The notes under the pieces: generated by a model
The model's input: only the letters and a program-made list of their open reading frames with translations
Told to the model about the DNA's origin: nothing
Databases searched by the model: none
DNA from: Armatimonadota bacterium
Lineage (GTDB): Bacteria > Armatimonadota > UBA5829
Assembly (NCBI GenBank): GCA_050948905.1
Contig: JBMNES010000001.1
Span: forward strand, 2,272,083-2,336,082
Reading direction: 5' to 3'
Length of the DNA stretch: 64,000 bases
Position numbers and translations under genes: made by a program
Shown: piece after piece, positions 28,821 to 38,910 of the stretch
Layout: every line of letters starts with the position of its first letter
Position numbering within the stretch: position 1 is the first letter of the stretch

Positions 28821-29960
28821 ATGGGCGAACAAGACAAGTTCAGAGTGCTGGCGGTCTGCGGCACGAGGCCGGACACGGTGAAGATGGCGCCGGTGGTCAA
28901 CGAGTTCAAGCGGCATGCCGACGAAGTCGATCTGATTTTGGCCGTTACAGGGCAGCACAGGGAGATGCTTGTTCAGGTGCTGGAGGCGTTCGACCTGCAT
29001 CCGGATTTCGATCTTAATATTATGTCAGCGAGGCAGACTCTCGCCCAGATTGCAACACGAGCGCTCGAGGGACTAGACGATGTTATAAAAAAGTCACGGC
29101 CGAACTTTGTCCTCGCTCAGGGAGATACCAGCACCACGTTTATCGCCTCACTGGCTGCGTTTTACAATCAGCTCCCGTTCGGCCACGTCGAAGCTGGTCT
29201 GCGAACAGACAACAAATACGACCCGTTCCCTGAGGAGATGAACCGCCGGCTGACCGCGATGATGACCGATCTACACTTCGCTCCGACCCAGCTTGCCAGG
29301 CAGAACCTGCTTGGTGAGGGCATCGACGAGAAAACAATTTTTGTTACTGGCAATACCGTCATCGACGCCCTCTTAGGCATCGCTGCACAGGACTATACTT
29401 TTGAGAACGCCAGAATCGCCCGTGCCGCACAATCCGGAAGAATGCTGTTGCTTACTGCCCATCGCCGCGAGAACTGGGGCCAGCCGTTGAAAAATATCTG
29501 CGCGGCGATCAAACAGATTATCGAAGCACATCCGGATGTGACGGTGGTCTTTCCGATGCATAAGAACCCGATCGTGCGCGAAGTAGTGGTGCCGGAACTA
29601 GACGCCCTGGACAGGGTGATATTAACTGAGCCGCCGGACTACGTCCCGTTCGTGCATCTTATGAAGGCATCCTATCTTATCCTTACCGATTCCGGCGGGG
29701 TTCAGGAAGAAGCGCCATCCCTCGGCAAACCGGTCCTGGTGCTTCGTAAGACCACGGAAAGACCTGAAGGCGTACAAACCGGAAACGCCAAACTTGTAGG
29801 CACAGAGACCGCTGCGATCGTAGATCAAGCTAATAAGCTGCTGGTCGATCAGGCTGCATACGACACAATGGCGCGAGCCAAAAGCCCCTATGGAGATGGC
29901 CAGGCAGCACAGAGGATCTGGGAGATCGTTCGGTCCAGATATATAACGGATGGAAAATAG
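28821..29960 (+). CDS. wecB: UDP-N-acetylglucosamine 2-epimerase (non-hydrolysing)
   Basis: KFRVLAVCGTRPDTVKMAPVV..LILAVTGQHREML..DLNIM N-terminus. HVEAGLRT motif. Confidence 0.85.
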   Translation: MGEQDKFRVLAVCGTRPDTVKMAPVVNEFKRHADEVDLILAVTGQHREMLVQVLEAFDLHPDFDLNIMSARQTLAQIATRALEGLDDVIKKSRPNFVLAQGDTSTTFIASLAAFYNQLPFGHVEAGLRTDNKYDPFPEEMNRRLTAMMTDLHFAPTQLARQNLLGEGIDEKTIFVTGNTVIDALLGIAAQDYTFENARIARAAQSGRMLLLTAHRRENWGQPLKNICAAIKQIIEAHPDVTVVFPMHKNPIVREVVVPELDALDRVILTEPPDYVPFVHLMKASYLILTDSGGVQEEAPSLGKPVLVLRKTTERPEGVQTGNAKLVGTETAAIVDQANKLLVDQAAYDTMARAKSPYGDGQAAQRIWEIVRSRYITDGK

Positions 29961-31074
29961 ACCCCATAGCACTGTCGAAGATACCTGGGAGATCATCAGG
30001 CGCCTCGCAAGATGGACGCTCATCCTGGCGCTGGTCGTATTCGCCTGTTACATCGTCTACAGGATACGAGAGGTCGTCATCTCGGTATTAGCGGCGGTGC
30101 TTCTTTCCTATGTTCTTCTTCCGGGAGTCGAGTGGCTGTGCAAAAGACCTAATCCCAGGCTAACCAACAAGGCTCAACGCCTGTTCGCCACTATTTTGGT
30201 GTTCATTGTGGCGCTCTCTGTAGTTGCGGCCGCCGTCAGCCTCTTCGTCTCGCCGTTCACCATCGAACTTACAGATTTTATCGCCAGTTTTGGCGACTAC
30301 CAAAAAACCGTCGTAGGATTCTTGCACAAAGTCTGGGAGGCGCTGCCGGACGAGGGACGCGATATACTGAAGGGCTTTGATTACAGCAAGGTATCCGGTT
30401 GGCTCAAAGGCTACCTCGAGGGCTTGCTGTCATTGGCCACTTCCTCTATCAGGGTCATACTCGAGCTTGTCCTGATCCCTGTTATCGCGTTTTATTTCGT
30501 CTATGACTTCCGGGCTATAACCTCGGAGTTTTATGCGCTGATCCCGTCAAGACGCCGCAAGGAGGCTATGCGACTGGGCAGGATGGCAGGGGAGATGCTG
30601 CAGAGCTACATCTTCGGCCAACTGATTTTGTGCGTGATTGCTGGAGTGCTAACGGGGATCGTTCTAAGCTTGCTGGGTGTAAAATACGTTGTTGTGCTGG
30701 CGCTGTTTGCCGGTATCACACGCGCAATTCCGATCATAGGCCCTATAGTCAGTGGTATCCCAATAGTTCTGGTTGGGGCCCTCAGCACGCCTGGCAGTCT
30801 CGAGCTTCCGTTATATCTGACCATATTTATGATCGCGATGCATTTCGGTGAGAGCAAGTTCATAATGCCGCAGCTGATCGGCAGGCGGCTTCGTTTGCAT
30901 CCGGCTGTAGTCATCGTAGTATTATTGATCGGTGCGGAGTTCTTCGGTCTCGCCGGGATGTTCCTTGCGGCCCCTGTGGCGGCCATTATTCGGCAGTTGG
31001 TCAAACAATACTACATCATTCCAAGAGACGCCCGCGACCGCGCAATAGAAGAACTCAGCAAGCCAGCAGGCTAG
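29950..31074 (+). CDS. AI-2E family transporter (PerM/UPF0118)
   Basis: About 370 aa polytopic membrane protein with the characteristic AI-2E topology and sequence. Confidence 0.7.
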   Translation: MENRPHSTVEDTWEIIRRLARWTLILALVVFACYIVYRIREVVISVLAAVLLSYVLLPGVEWLCKRPNPRLTNKAQRLFATILVFIVALSVVAAAVSLFVSPFTIELTDFIASFGDYQKTVVGFLHKVWEALPDEGRDILKGFDYSKVSGWLKGYLEGLLSLATSSIRVILELVLIPVIAFYFVYDFRAITSEFYALIPSRRRKEAMRLGRMAGEMLQSYIFGQLILCVIAGVLTGIVLSLLGVKYVVVLALFAGITRAIPIIGPIVSGIPIVLVGALSTPGSLELPLYLTIFMIAMHFGESKFIMPQLIGRRLRLHPAVVIVVLLIGAEFFGLAGMFLAAPVAAIIRQLVKQYYIIPRDARDRAIEELSKPAG

Positions 31075-31109
31075 CATCTTGTCGAAGGATCTGAAATGAG
31101 GTCATCGCT

Positions 31110-31946
31110 TTGGAAATCATCCAGTCTATAATTCTCGGCATAGTTCAGGGACTCACCGAGTTCATACCCGTCAGCAGCTCCGCTCACCTGCTTTTGCTGC
31201 AAAAGCTCTTCGGCTGGGACACATCTTCTGTCACATTCGATGTGGCTTTGCATATGGGCACGTTGGTCGCTTTAATCGGCTTCTTTTGGAAGGATTGGAT
31301 GTCCATATTCGCCTCTTTTTACAGGCGGCTCCTCTCTCGCGCGCCGTATCCTGCCGACGATGAAGCCAAATCCAGCGGCAAGCTCTTAATTCCTATCGTT
31401 ATCGCCACAATTCCGGCAGCTATTGTCGGGGTGTTGTTTGACTCACAAATTGAGGGTATGCGCGACCGAGTCTGGATGGTGCCGGCGATTGCGGCAGCGC
31501 TGGCTGTGGTCGCGATCATAATGGTAATAGCAGAAAAGATCAGTAGCCAAAAGCGTGGGGTGGGGCAGATGAACTACGTCGACTACATCGTCATTGGCCT
31601 CGCGCAGGCTCTCGCGCTGTTTCCCGGCGTTTCTCGTTCCGGAATTACAATCATCGCAGGTCTAGGCCGCGGTTTGAAGAGAGAATCGGCCGCTCGATTC
31701 AGTTTCTTGCTTTCCACGCCAGTAATATTCGGCGCAGGAGTGAAGCAGGCGTTAGACGTGCTAAAGACCGGGCTCGCGCCGAATCAGGGGCTTGTTCTGC
31801 TGGTCGGATTCCTGGCTGCAACCATATCCGGCTATCTTGCCATCCGATTCCTGATGAATTATCTCCAGCGCCGAAGCCTCAACGCATTTGCGATATACCG
31901 AGTGGCGCTTGGGCTGGGGATTCTATCAACCCTGTTGATTAGATAA
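31110..31946 (+). CDS. uppP: Undecaprenyl-diphosphate phosphatase
   Basis: ILGIVQGLTEFIPVSSSAHLLL and GLAQALALFPGVSRSGITI BacA/UppP motifs. Confidence 0.9.
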   Translation: MEIIQSIILGIVQGLTEFIPVSSSAHLLLLQKLFGWDTSSVTFDVALHMGTLVALIGFFWKDWMSIFASFYRRLLSRAPYPADDEAKSSGKLLIPIVIATIPAAIVGVLFDSQIEGMRDRVWMVPAIAAALAVVAIIMVIAEKISSQKRGVGQMNYVDYIVIGLAQALALFPGVSRSGITIIAGLGRGLKRESAARFSFLLSTPVIFGAGVKQALDVLKTGLAPNQGLVLLVGFLAATISGYLAIRFLMNYLQRRSLNAFAIYRVALGLGILSTLLIR

Positions 31947-33891
31947 ATATTCTATAGGCCTGCTGGTCGATTAGCGGGCCAATAATAGCCCACACGGAGC
32001 CAATGAAGAAGTCTCCCAACACCAGGCCCAAAAAGAACGGCACAAAGGTGTTGTGCAGCTTCATCCCTCCATATCGCACAATAATCAGTTTGATAAGCCA
32101 GGCCACAAAGAACGTAAACCAGAAATAGTCCATAGCGAAACTGATCGCCAGGGCGTAACCTGCCGGGTGAAATGGCCAGGCCACAAACGCTCCTCTTATC
32201 AGATTCAATGCTATGACTATGACAGCCCCTAGCGCGACATGGATCAACCAGACCATATCAGTCCCGGGTTTATTTCTTATGAGCTGTCCGAGTTTATCAA
32301 ACGACTCGGTCCCTACCCACCATTTAAACCCCAGCGATTTTCCAGTCCCGCCGGCAGCGTAGGTGACATGCAGGTTAGCCCAATATGACGTCAGCAGTCC
32401 CGCCAAGGCTGACAACATTAAGACAAAGATAAGAGGGCGGATTTTAATCGCGCTTCCCTCAGACATCTTCATAGCCTCAAGCTGATTAGGCATCGGATGA
32501 CTTCGATAACACCTGTTAAACCAATACATCGATTGCAGCACGGTCATATTCGCTATGCCGATAGCGTTAAAACCCAGCAACCCAACCATAATCTGTTGCG
32601 GGTTAACGAAGTATATTTCGTGCGGCGTACCGAGTTCTGCACGAACGCGGGTGATTCCGATCGAGATCAAAAAATAAAGCACGAAAAAGATAATCGCGTA
32701 ATGCACCTGCAGACCCATCCATCTGCCCAGTACAAGCAGCGTCAGAAATCCCAGCCCTAGCACGTAAATGGCCTTGCGATACAGGTCACCCTCCGACCTC
32801 TGTTCCGGGCTACCTTCCCCGGAAAACGCCTGTTTCCAGACAGATCGCAGATGCGGCATCGCTGCAATCACGATCACTATGCTCAGCGCCAGCCACGCAC
32901 CAGACGATTGAGCATCCCAATACGGAAATCCCGAAGTCCCAGCGCTGTCCCATCCCATAGCTGCGCCGATAACCTGCCACGCCTTGCGCGCTACATAAAA
33001 GAACCAGCACGAAAAAGACAAATCCAGCGGGATAAAATACGCCAAACCGATCATGAATGGATACATCGAGATGTTAAAATCTCTCAGTCGATTGACCGCG
33101 TTCCAGGGTCGCGCTGTGAAGAATTGCCCGATATTATATTGCTTAACCCCAGTCAATTCCGGCATAGATGGATACAGCGCGTGCAGTCCATTGATCAATC
33201 CAATCGCCAACGCCACTGCAAAACCCGCCCACATCAGCTTATTTGTATAAAATTTCCGACCGGCATCTTCCGAGGTCATCGCAATGGGAAGCTGAACTAG
33301 CGGGAACACCAGTTTCTCGTTTTCTGTCCATTGTTTTCTGATGAGGATATTGATGCACAGCATCATAGCTATCATCACCATCACCAGCAAACCCCACAGC
33401 GCCAGCGGAACTACCCAGAACTTGAGTATCTTCCACACAAACGGATTATCTACCCCGCCAGCATAGAAACCTTTTAGAGCGGACTTCTCGGATAAAAACC
33501 ATTGACCAGGCAGGTAACGCCCGAACAGGCTATCATACTGATTAGATTCATTGGCCATATAACTGGGGTGACCAATGGTGCCGAAGAGGTTTTGAATCAT
33601 ATCGTGCGAGGCCAGCGCTGCTCCCATTACTACCATAATATATATGGTCAGCAGTTCACCCCGCCGCAGGCCTTTCGACGGCCATGCCTTGCGCACAGCA
33701 AGGTTGACCATGCACGTCATAAAGAGAATAAATACAGGGGTTATAAACAGCGGCAGGCAGGTTCCGTCGAGAGCATACCACCTCACCTCTATGATCGTGA
33801 TCCAGAGGTTATTTATAAATATCAGCAGAAGCCCGATCAAAACCGCAATTGGAGTGACGCCGACGTCTTTGATCTTCTCTGCAGCCTTCAA
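31939..33891 (-). CDS. Large polytopic membrane protein of unknown function (650 aa, 12 or more predicted TM helices)
   Basis: Long ORF with many hydrophobic helices. Convergent with uppP and overlapping it by 8 nt. No family recognised. Confidence 0.6.
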   Translation of the reverse strand: MKAAEKIKDVGVTPIAVLIGLLLIFINNLWITIIEVRWYALDGTCLPLFITPVFILFMTCMVNLAVRKAWPSKGLRRGELLTIYIMVVMGAALASHDMIQNLFGTIGHPSYMANESNQYDSLFGRYLPGQWFLSEKSALKGFYAGGVDNPFVWKILKFWVVPLALWGLLVMVMIAMMLCINILIRKQWTENEKLVFPLVQLPIAMTSEDAGRKFYTNKLMWAGFAVALAIGLINGLHALYPSMPELTGVKQYNIGQFFTARPWNAVNRLRDFNISMYPFMIGLAYFIPLDLSFSCWFFYVARKAWQVIGAAMGWDSAGTSGFPYWDAQSSGAWLALSIVIVIAAMPHLRSVWKQAFSGEGSPEQRSEGDLYRKAIYVLGLGFLTLLVLGRWMGLQVHYAIIFFVLYFLISIGITRVRAELGTPHEIYFVNPQQIMVGLLGFNAIGIANMTVLQSMYWFNRCYRSHPMPNQLEAMKMSEGSAIKIRPLIFVLMLSALAGLLTSYWANLHVTYAAGGTGKSLGFKWWVGTESFDKLGQLIRNKPGTDMVWLIHVALGAVIVIALNLIRGAFVAWPFHPAGYALAISFAMDYFWFTFFVAWLIKLIIVRYGGMKLHNTFVPFFLGLVLGDFFIGSVWAIIGPLIDQQAYRIFI

Positions 33892-34020
33892 AACCTGTAA
33901 ACCTCGTATTTCTGGAAAAGTTACCTCATCATTTTAACAGGACACGCCGCGACAAACAACCTGTGAGGCGAAGTTCCGAGTTAGTTATCGACCATAAATG
34001 CGCGACAATCCCGAAACTCC

Positions 34021-34400
34021 TCTATTAACCCACCCACCTTCATTCAAATCTCCGAACCATCATTCCAACCCCGCACCGCCATTCCTCTCCTCACCATCAC
34101 TTCTCTCCCACCGCCATTCCCCTCTCCACCGGTCACTTCTCTTCCCACCTTCATTTCTCTCCCCCCACCGTCATTTCGAACGCAGTGAGAAATCCGCTTT
34201 TCCCTTCCCTCCCACCGCCCTTCTTCTCCTCCGTCCACTTCTCTTCTCAGCGTCGTTCCTCTCCTCCGGCCACTTCTCTTCCCACCGCCATTTCTCTCCC
34301 CCCTACCGTCATTTCGAACGAAGTGAGAAATCCGCTTTTTCCCTTCTCTACCTCAACAACCCATTTCCATCCGGTTTTCGTGTTCATCGTTTCCCTTCCC
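34021..34400. repeat. CT-rich degenerate tandem array of CACCG(T/C)CATTTC(TCTCC)-type units; it ends in two module-B cores, cgtcatttcgaacg(c/a)agtgagaaatccgcttttt
   Basis: Direct reading: ccaccttcattc.., ccatcattcc.., caccgccattcc.., caccatcacttctctcc.. and so on. The two hairpin-T cores are at about 34170-34203 and 34308-34342. Confidence 0.75.
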
Positions 34401-34474
34401 CGCAGGAGACTCGAACACCTCAATAGAAGTATAAACTGCGGCGTCAGCCCTAATAATCATAAAAGAGGACATCT

Positions 34475-35389
34475 ATGAAAGATCCTTTGGATATATCTCA
34501 TGAAATATCATGTGCCTTAAACAGGGGCCAGGCGGTAGTAGCTTTAGAGTCATCGGTGCTGGCTCATGGTCTGCCTTCCCCAGTCAACATCGAAACCGCG
34601 CTTGCTATGGAACAGAATGTGCAAGAAGCTGGTGCGGTGCCTGCCACTATTGGCGTTATTGACGGCAAGATTCGTGTCGGGTTATCTCATGAGGAAATTG
34701 AAATCCTCGGCAAGGGTGGCACGGCGAAGCTGGCAGCAAGAGATCTGCCGGACGCCTGTGCCACGGAAATCAACGGGGGCACAACCGTATCCGCCACCGC
34801 TCGCATCGCAGCAGCGGTAGGGATCAACGTAATGGCGACAGGAGGAATCGGCGGAGTCCATCGCGGAAACGCAAATGATATATCTGCCGACCTTTGGGAG
34901 ATGACGCGAACGCCAATCGCCATCGTATGCTCTGGGCCTAAAGCTGTGTTGGACGTGCCGGCAACAGCAGAGTGGCTCGAATCTCACAGCGTTCCGGTTT
35001 ATGGCTTCAAAACCACCATACTGCCGGCTTTTTATGCGGCTCAAACGGACATAACTATCCCCGGCTACGACACTATCGACAAACTGGCCGACACGATCAA
35101 ACTCGGCTTTGGCGCGATGGGTGTTCGTTCTTCAATAATGGTCGCTGTGCCGGGGCCAGAGGCTTTTGATGTGTCCAGAGAAGTAGAAGAGGCGATCAAA
35201 CAAGCGGAGCAAAATCAGATAAGAGGCAAACAACTAACACCGTGGCTCTTAGATAAAATCGCCGAGTTGACGAATGGCAGGTCGATTGAGTCCAACGTCG
35301 CACTCCTCAAAAACAACGCACAAATCGCAGCAGAGCTAGCCTGCGCATTGGTTAATGAGGAGCGTCGACGAATGGGGTTCTACGCTTAG
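34475..35389 (+). CDS. psuG: Pseudouridine-5'-phosphate glycosidase
   Basis: About 300 aa. The ALESSVLAHGLP..N and GGIGGVHRG motifs match the PsuG (indigoidine synthase A-like) family. Confidence 0.85.
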   Translation: MKDPLDISHEISCALNRGQAVVALESSVLAHGLPSPVNIETALAMEQNVQEAGAVPATIGVIDGKIRVGLSHEEIEILGKGGTAKLAARDLPDACATEINGGTTVSATARIAAAVGINVMATGGIGGVHRGNANDISADLWEMTRTPIAIVCSGPKAVLDVPATAEWLESHSVPVYGFKTTILPAFYAAQTDITIPGYDTIDKLADTIKLGFGAMGVRSSIMVAVPGPEAFDVSREVEEAIKQAEQNQIRGKQLTPWLLDKIAELTNGRSIESNVALLKNNAQIAAELACALVNEERRRMGFYA

Positions 35390-35395
35390 CGAGAA

Positions 35396-35581
35396 CTACT
35401 CGGCAAAATCGAGGGTTTCCGTTACCTCGATAACCGCATCCTCATCTATTTCCATAGCCAGTTGCTCGACTATCTCGTGAAGGTCGCCTTCGGTAAGTCG
35501 GGCACCTGACTCTGGTGACCATTCTACTGAAACGATGAATCTCTGTTGGAGTTCGGGGTTGGTGCTCATTTGTATCTCCAT
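35396..35581 (-). CDS. Small acidic hypothetical protein (61 aa)
   Basis: ORF only. Possibly spurious. Confidence 0.25.
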   Translation of the reverse strand: MEIQMSTNPELQQRFIVSVEWSPESGARLTEGDLHEIVEQLAMEIDEDAVIEVTETLDFAE

Positions 35582-35671
35582 CTCACATCGGATATGTCTT
35601 TATATCCTACTCTGCGAGCCTTGCACCTACCTTCTATATTTTAACAAGATTTTACCAGGATTCTTTGTAGC

Positions 35672-36334
35672 TTACTGAGTCCGCCTGTCCGACTCTATTT
35701 GCAACACTCTATCCAGCAGCTTTACGTCATTGTCGGTCAACGGCCGTATTGTGGCGGTTTTGATCATATCCCCGGTCTGAATCTTCATCGCCACATCCAT
35801 TCCCTTTATCACGCGGCCAAAAACGGTATATTCAAAATCGAGGTGAAAGGCCGGCTCCAGGGTGATATAAAAGACGCTGGTGTTGCTGTTAACGTCGGCA
35901 GATCGAGCCATTCCCACGGTTCCTTTAGCGTGAATGAGGCCATCGGCGGTCTCTATTCCCATAGGCTCCACCTCTTTTTTTGCGCTTTCGGTCTGGATCA
36001 CCCAGTCCTCGACTCGCGGAAAGTGAACTCCGTTATAAAAGCCGCCCTCCACCAACTCGGCTATGCGTGCGGTAGTCTTCGGACAATCCTGCTCAAAAAG
36101 GACAAACTCTATCACGCCGCGTGTGGTATTTAGCACAACCACGCGTCCTGGCTTCTTTGTCGCTTTCTTTTCGGGTTTCGGCGTCTGCTCGTCGTCAGTT
36201 AATTTCTTCATTGCATCAGAAGCCAGATCCACCCTTTGCGGCTTTTTCGATTCCTGGTAATTAGACAGCCACACCGAGCTGCCTGCAAGTCCTGCCAACA
36301 GCAGGGCCACAACCCCCAAAAGTTTATAATTCAT
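35672..36334 (-). CDS. Peptidyl-prolyl cis-trans isomerase, cyclophilin type, exported or membrane-anchored
   Basis: N-terminal signal/TM. GGFYNGVHFPRV..DW and FGRVIKGMDV cyclophilin motifs. Confidence 0.85.
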   Translation of the reverse strand: MNYKLLGVVALLLAGLAGSSVWLSNYQESKKPQRVDLASDAMKKLTDDEQTPKPEKKATKKPGRVVVLNTTRGVIEFVLFEQDCPKTTARIAELVEGGFYNGVHFPRVEDWVIQTESAKKEVEPMGIETADGLIHAKGTVGMARSADVNSNTSVFYITLEPAFHLDFEYTVFGRVIKGMDVAMKIQTGDMIKTATIRPLTDNDVKLLDRVLQIESDRRTQ

Positions 36335-36531
36335 CTCTATTCACCCGTCCCAACACTGTCATCCATATCACATTTGTTATCTACGCCCACAGGCAGACTA
36401 CTGTTCCAACAGCCTCTACAGAATACCGCACCAACCTCGTTAGTGCAAATCCTGGTACAAAATACAGGTTCGGTGGTAGGCTATATAAGGAACGAAACCA
36501 TGTCACACAAAGGTTGCAGGAGGCAATCACT

Positions 36532-37038
36532 ATGCGTTGGATTGCAGTTATATGTGTTCTGATAACCTGTCTATGCGCCGGCCTGGCGCTACAGGCAGAA
36601 AACCAACAGGAAGCGCTGGCAAAAGCCGAGGCGTCGGCGGCGCCATCACAGCCCGGCAAACCCTACACATCGCTTATAGTTGACGCTACGGGTCTGGAAC
36701 TCGATAGAAGCGTCACCCCCAAAATAGTCCGTTTCGACAACAAGGCGGTATGGGGAGAGAGCCAGGTGATCTCCGATTTCGCAATTGAGCACGGCGTAGT
36801 GGCCTATGTTCATACTCTTGATGAGGCTAAGCAAAACAACCGCGCCGGCCAGAATCCGCTTGTGATCAAAGCCAGGGCGAGCAGCGGTGGTTTGATAGTA
36901 TCTGATCTGGTGCTTAGCGATGCAGATGCCGATCTGCTGGTCGCAGAGGATAAAATCGGCCAGTTCTTAGACAAATTCAACGTAATTTTCATCCAGGACA
37001 AGAGCCTGATTAAAACCTCTTCTTCCGGGTCCGACTAA
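36532..37038 (+). CDS. Secreted hypothetical protein
   Basis: Signal peptide MRWIAVICVLITCLCAGLALQAE. GGAGG before the ATG. Confidence 0.55.
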   Translation: MRWIAVICVLITCLCAGLALQAENQQEALAKAEASAAPSQPGKPYTSLIVDATGLELDRSVTPKIVRFDNKAVWGESQVISDFAIEHGVVAYVHTLDEAKQNNRAGQNPLVIKARASSGGLIVSDLVLSDADADLLVAEDKIGQFLDKFNVIFIQDKSLIKTSSSGSD

Positions 37039-37039
37039 A

Positions 37040-37270
37040 TGAAACCGTTCACGTTCGGGCAGGGTCAAATAAAACTGGTTGTGCCCGAATAACAGAATAT
37101 CACGATTACGCCCGGACATGACCAAATACTGCTGGTTATGTCCGGAGCTGACCAATTGCTGCACCTTCTCATAACCCGACGGCTATCTACAATAACGTAG
37201 TGTCCGATCTCCGTCTCGGACTTTCCCTTCTCCATCATCTTGCTCACGCCGGCAAACCACCCCACAACCC
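37040..37270. repeat. Repeat locus: two long hairpins with related loops (about 37060-37175), a conserved-loop hairpin gtccga-tctccgtc-tcggac (37201-37220), and a ccaccccacaacc tail
   Basis: ccggacatgacca-aatactgc-tggttatgtccgg forms a 13-bp stem with one G.U pair. cgggca...tgcccg is a second hairpin. Confidence 0.7.
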
Positions 37271-37323
37271 CCAAATTGTGCTAATATAAAAGCAGCAATC
37301 TCCAATTCTTTTAAAAGGGCAAC

Positions 37324-38001
37324 ATGAAAAAAGCAGTCGTCTTACTGTCCGGCGGCCTCGACAGCGCCACCACTGCGGCTATAGCGCGCTCGGAAGGCTA
37401 CGATCTATATGCAATCTCCTTCGACTACGGCCAGCGTCATTCGCGCGAACTGCAGAGCGCGAGGTCGGTGGCGGAGAGCCTGCAGGTCAAAGACCATCTG
37501 CTGATCAGTTTCGATCTTCGAAGCATGGGAGGCAGTGCGCTCACAGATGACATCAGCGTCCCACTTGACCGTGACACTGATAATATGGCCGAATCTATCC
37601 CTATCACCTACGTCCCCGCTCGCAATACGATATTTCTATCATTCGCTTTAGGTTACGCCGAAACTATCGGCGCTTACGACATCTTTATCGGCGTCAGCGA
37701 GGTGGATTACAGCGGCTATCCTGACTGCCGAAGGGAATATATAGAAGCGTTCGAGCACACGGCCAACCTCGCCACAAAAGCAGGCGTCGAGGGCACCGGC
37801 AGGTTTCGCATTCACGCGCCTCTAATCGACCTCACTAAAGCCGAGGCAGTGCGACGTGGGCTTGAACTAGGCCTCGACTATTCCCTGACCTGGAGCTGCT
37901 ACGTCGGCGGCGAGAAGCCGTGCGGTAAATGTGATAGCTGCAAGCTCAGATTAGCAGCTTTCGAGCAAGCAGGGACAGTCGACCCACTTAATTATTCATA
38001 A
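37324..38001 (+). CDS. queC: 7-cyano-7-deazaguanine synthase
   Basis: [21 protein letters not shown]-loop. C-terminal [10 protein letters not shown] zinc motif. Confidence 0.9.
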   Translation: MKKAVVLLSGGLDSATTAAIARSEGYDLYAISFDYGQRHSRELQSARSVAESLQVKDHLLISFDLRSMGGSALTDDISVPLDRDTDNMAESIPITYVPARNTIFLSFALGYAETIGAYDIFIGVSEVDYSGYPDCRREYIEAFEHTANLATKAGVEGTGRFRIHAPLIDLTKAEAVRRGLELGLDYSLTWSCYVGGEKPCGKCDSCKLRLAAFEQAGTVDPLNYS

Positions 38002-38004
38002 GGC

Positions 38005-38883
38005 TCATTCAGGGGTAACCAGTCTCAACGCCCTGGACAAAACAGCGATCTCTGTCCCGCTCTCTCCGCGCACATCTCCATCAAGCTGCATTTTAACCGC
38101 TGGTTCGGCTTCTACCCGCAGTCGTCTCACCCGATAATGAGCCGCCGAATCGACAGTCCAACTCGTGAATAACGACGCCGATAACCAGCCCACAAACCGC
38201 ATCTTCATAATCGGTTTATGCTCAAGTATAATCACGTCCAGCAGCCCATCATCGGCCTTCGCATCGGCTGCAAGCTGGAAATTAGGGGCATACGTCGCGC
38301 AATTGCAGACTATGACGTTATACGCAGTCGAGTGGATTTCCCCTTCATCCGATATCAGCCGAAACCTCGACGGTTGATATCGAATCGACTCAAGGACTAG
38401 GGTGGGGGCATAAGCAAGTCGGCCAAATAACCCCTTGGCATAGGCAGGCACCGAGCGCACTACCGCCGCATCAAACCCAAAACCCGCCATCAACAGAAAT
38501 CTCCGCCCGCCAGCCACACCGACGTCAAAAGCCCGTTCGACCCCATTTGTGGCAATATGCAGAGACCTGTCTACATCATCGCTGATCAGCCCCAGCTCAT
38601 TACCGAGCACGTTTCCGGTCCCCAGGGGCACTATTCCAACTGATAGGTCACTGTCCGCCAGACCATTTATCACCTCGTTAAAAGTGCCGTCGCCTGCCAC
38701 CACAATAAGGCGCCGGTAACCACATTCGCAGGCTGTTGAGGCGATATCTGCGGCTTGTCCCGGCCTGGTCAATACGATTGCATCCGCATCGCGCAGGGTG
38801 GCTACATAATCCAGCACCCTTCGCTTCAGTGCAGCCGTGCCATCACGGCCGGATGTTGGGTTAATCAGGAAAAGAGTTTTCAC
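38005..38883 (-). CDS. Diacylglycerol kinase-family lipid kinase (YegS/DagK-like)
   Basis: FLINPTSG..G and VVAGDGTFNEVINGL motifs. Confidence 0.8.
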   Translation of the reverse strand: MKTLFLINPTSGRDGTAALKRRVLDYVATLRDADAIVLTRPGQAADIASTACECGYRRLIVVAGDGTFNEVINGLADSDLSVGIVPLGTGNVLGNELGLISDDVDRSLHIATNGVERAFDVGVAGGRRFLLMAGFGFDAAVVRSVPAYAKGLFGRLAYAPTLVLESIRYQPSRFRLISDEGEIHSTAYNVIVCNCATYAPNFQLAADAKADDGLLDVIILEHKPIMKMRFVGWLSASLFTSWTVDSAAHYRVRRLRVEAEPAVKMQLDGDVRGESGTEIAVLSRALRLVTPE

Positions 38884-38910
38884 GACACCGCACCGTCGTA
38901 TGTCGCAAGT

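Noticed and set aside
37270-37323. Looked for a preQ1 riboswitch upstream of queC
   Set aside because: I could not fit the preQ1-I or preQ1-II consensus (short hairpin plus A-rich tail with conserved CCC/UAAAAAACUA). Only a weak tgct..agca hairpin is present.
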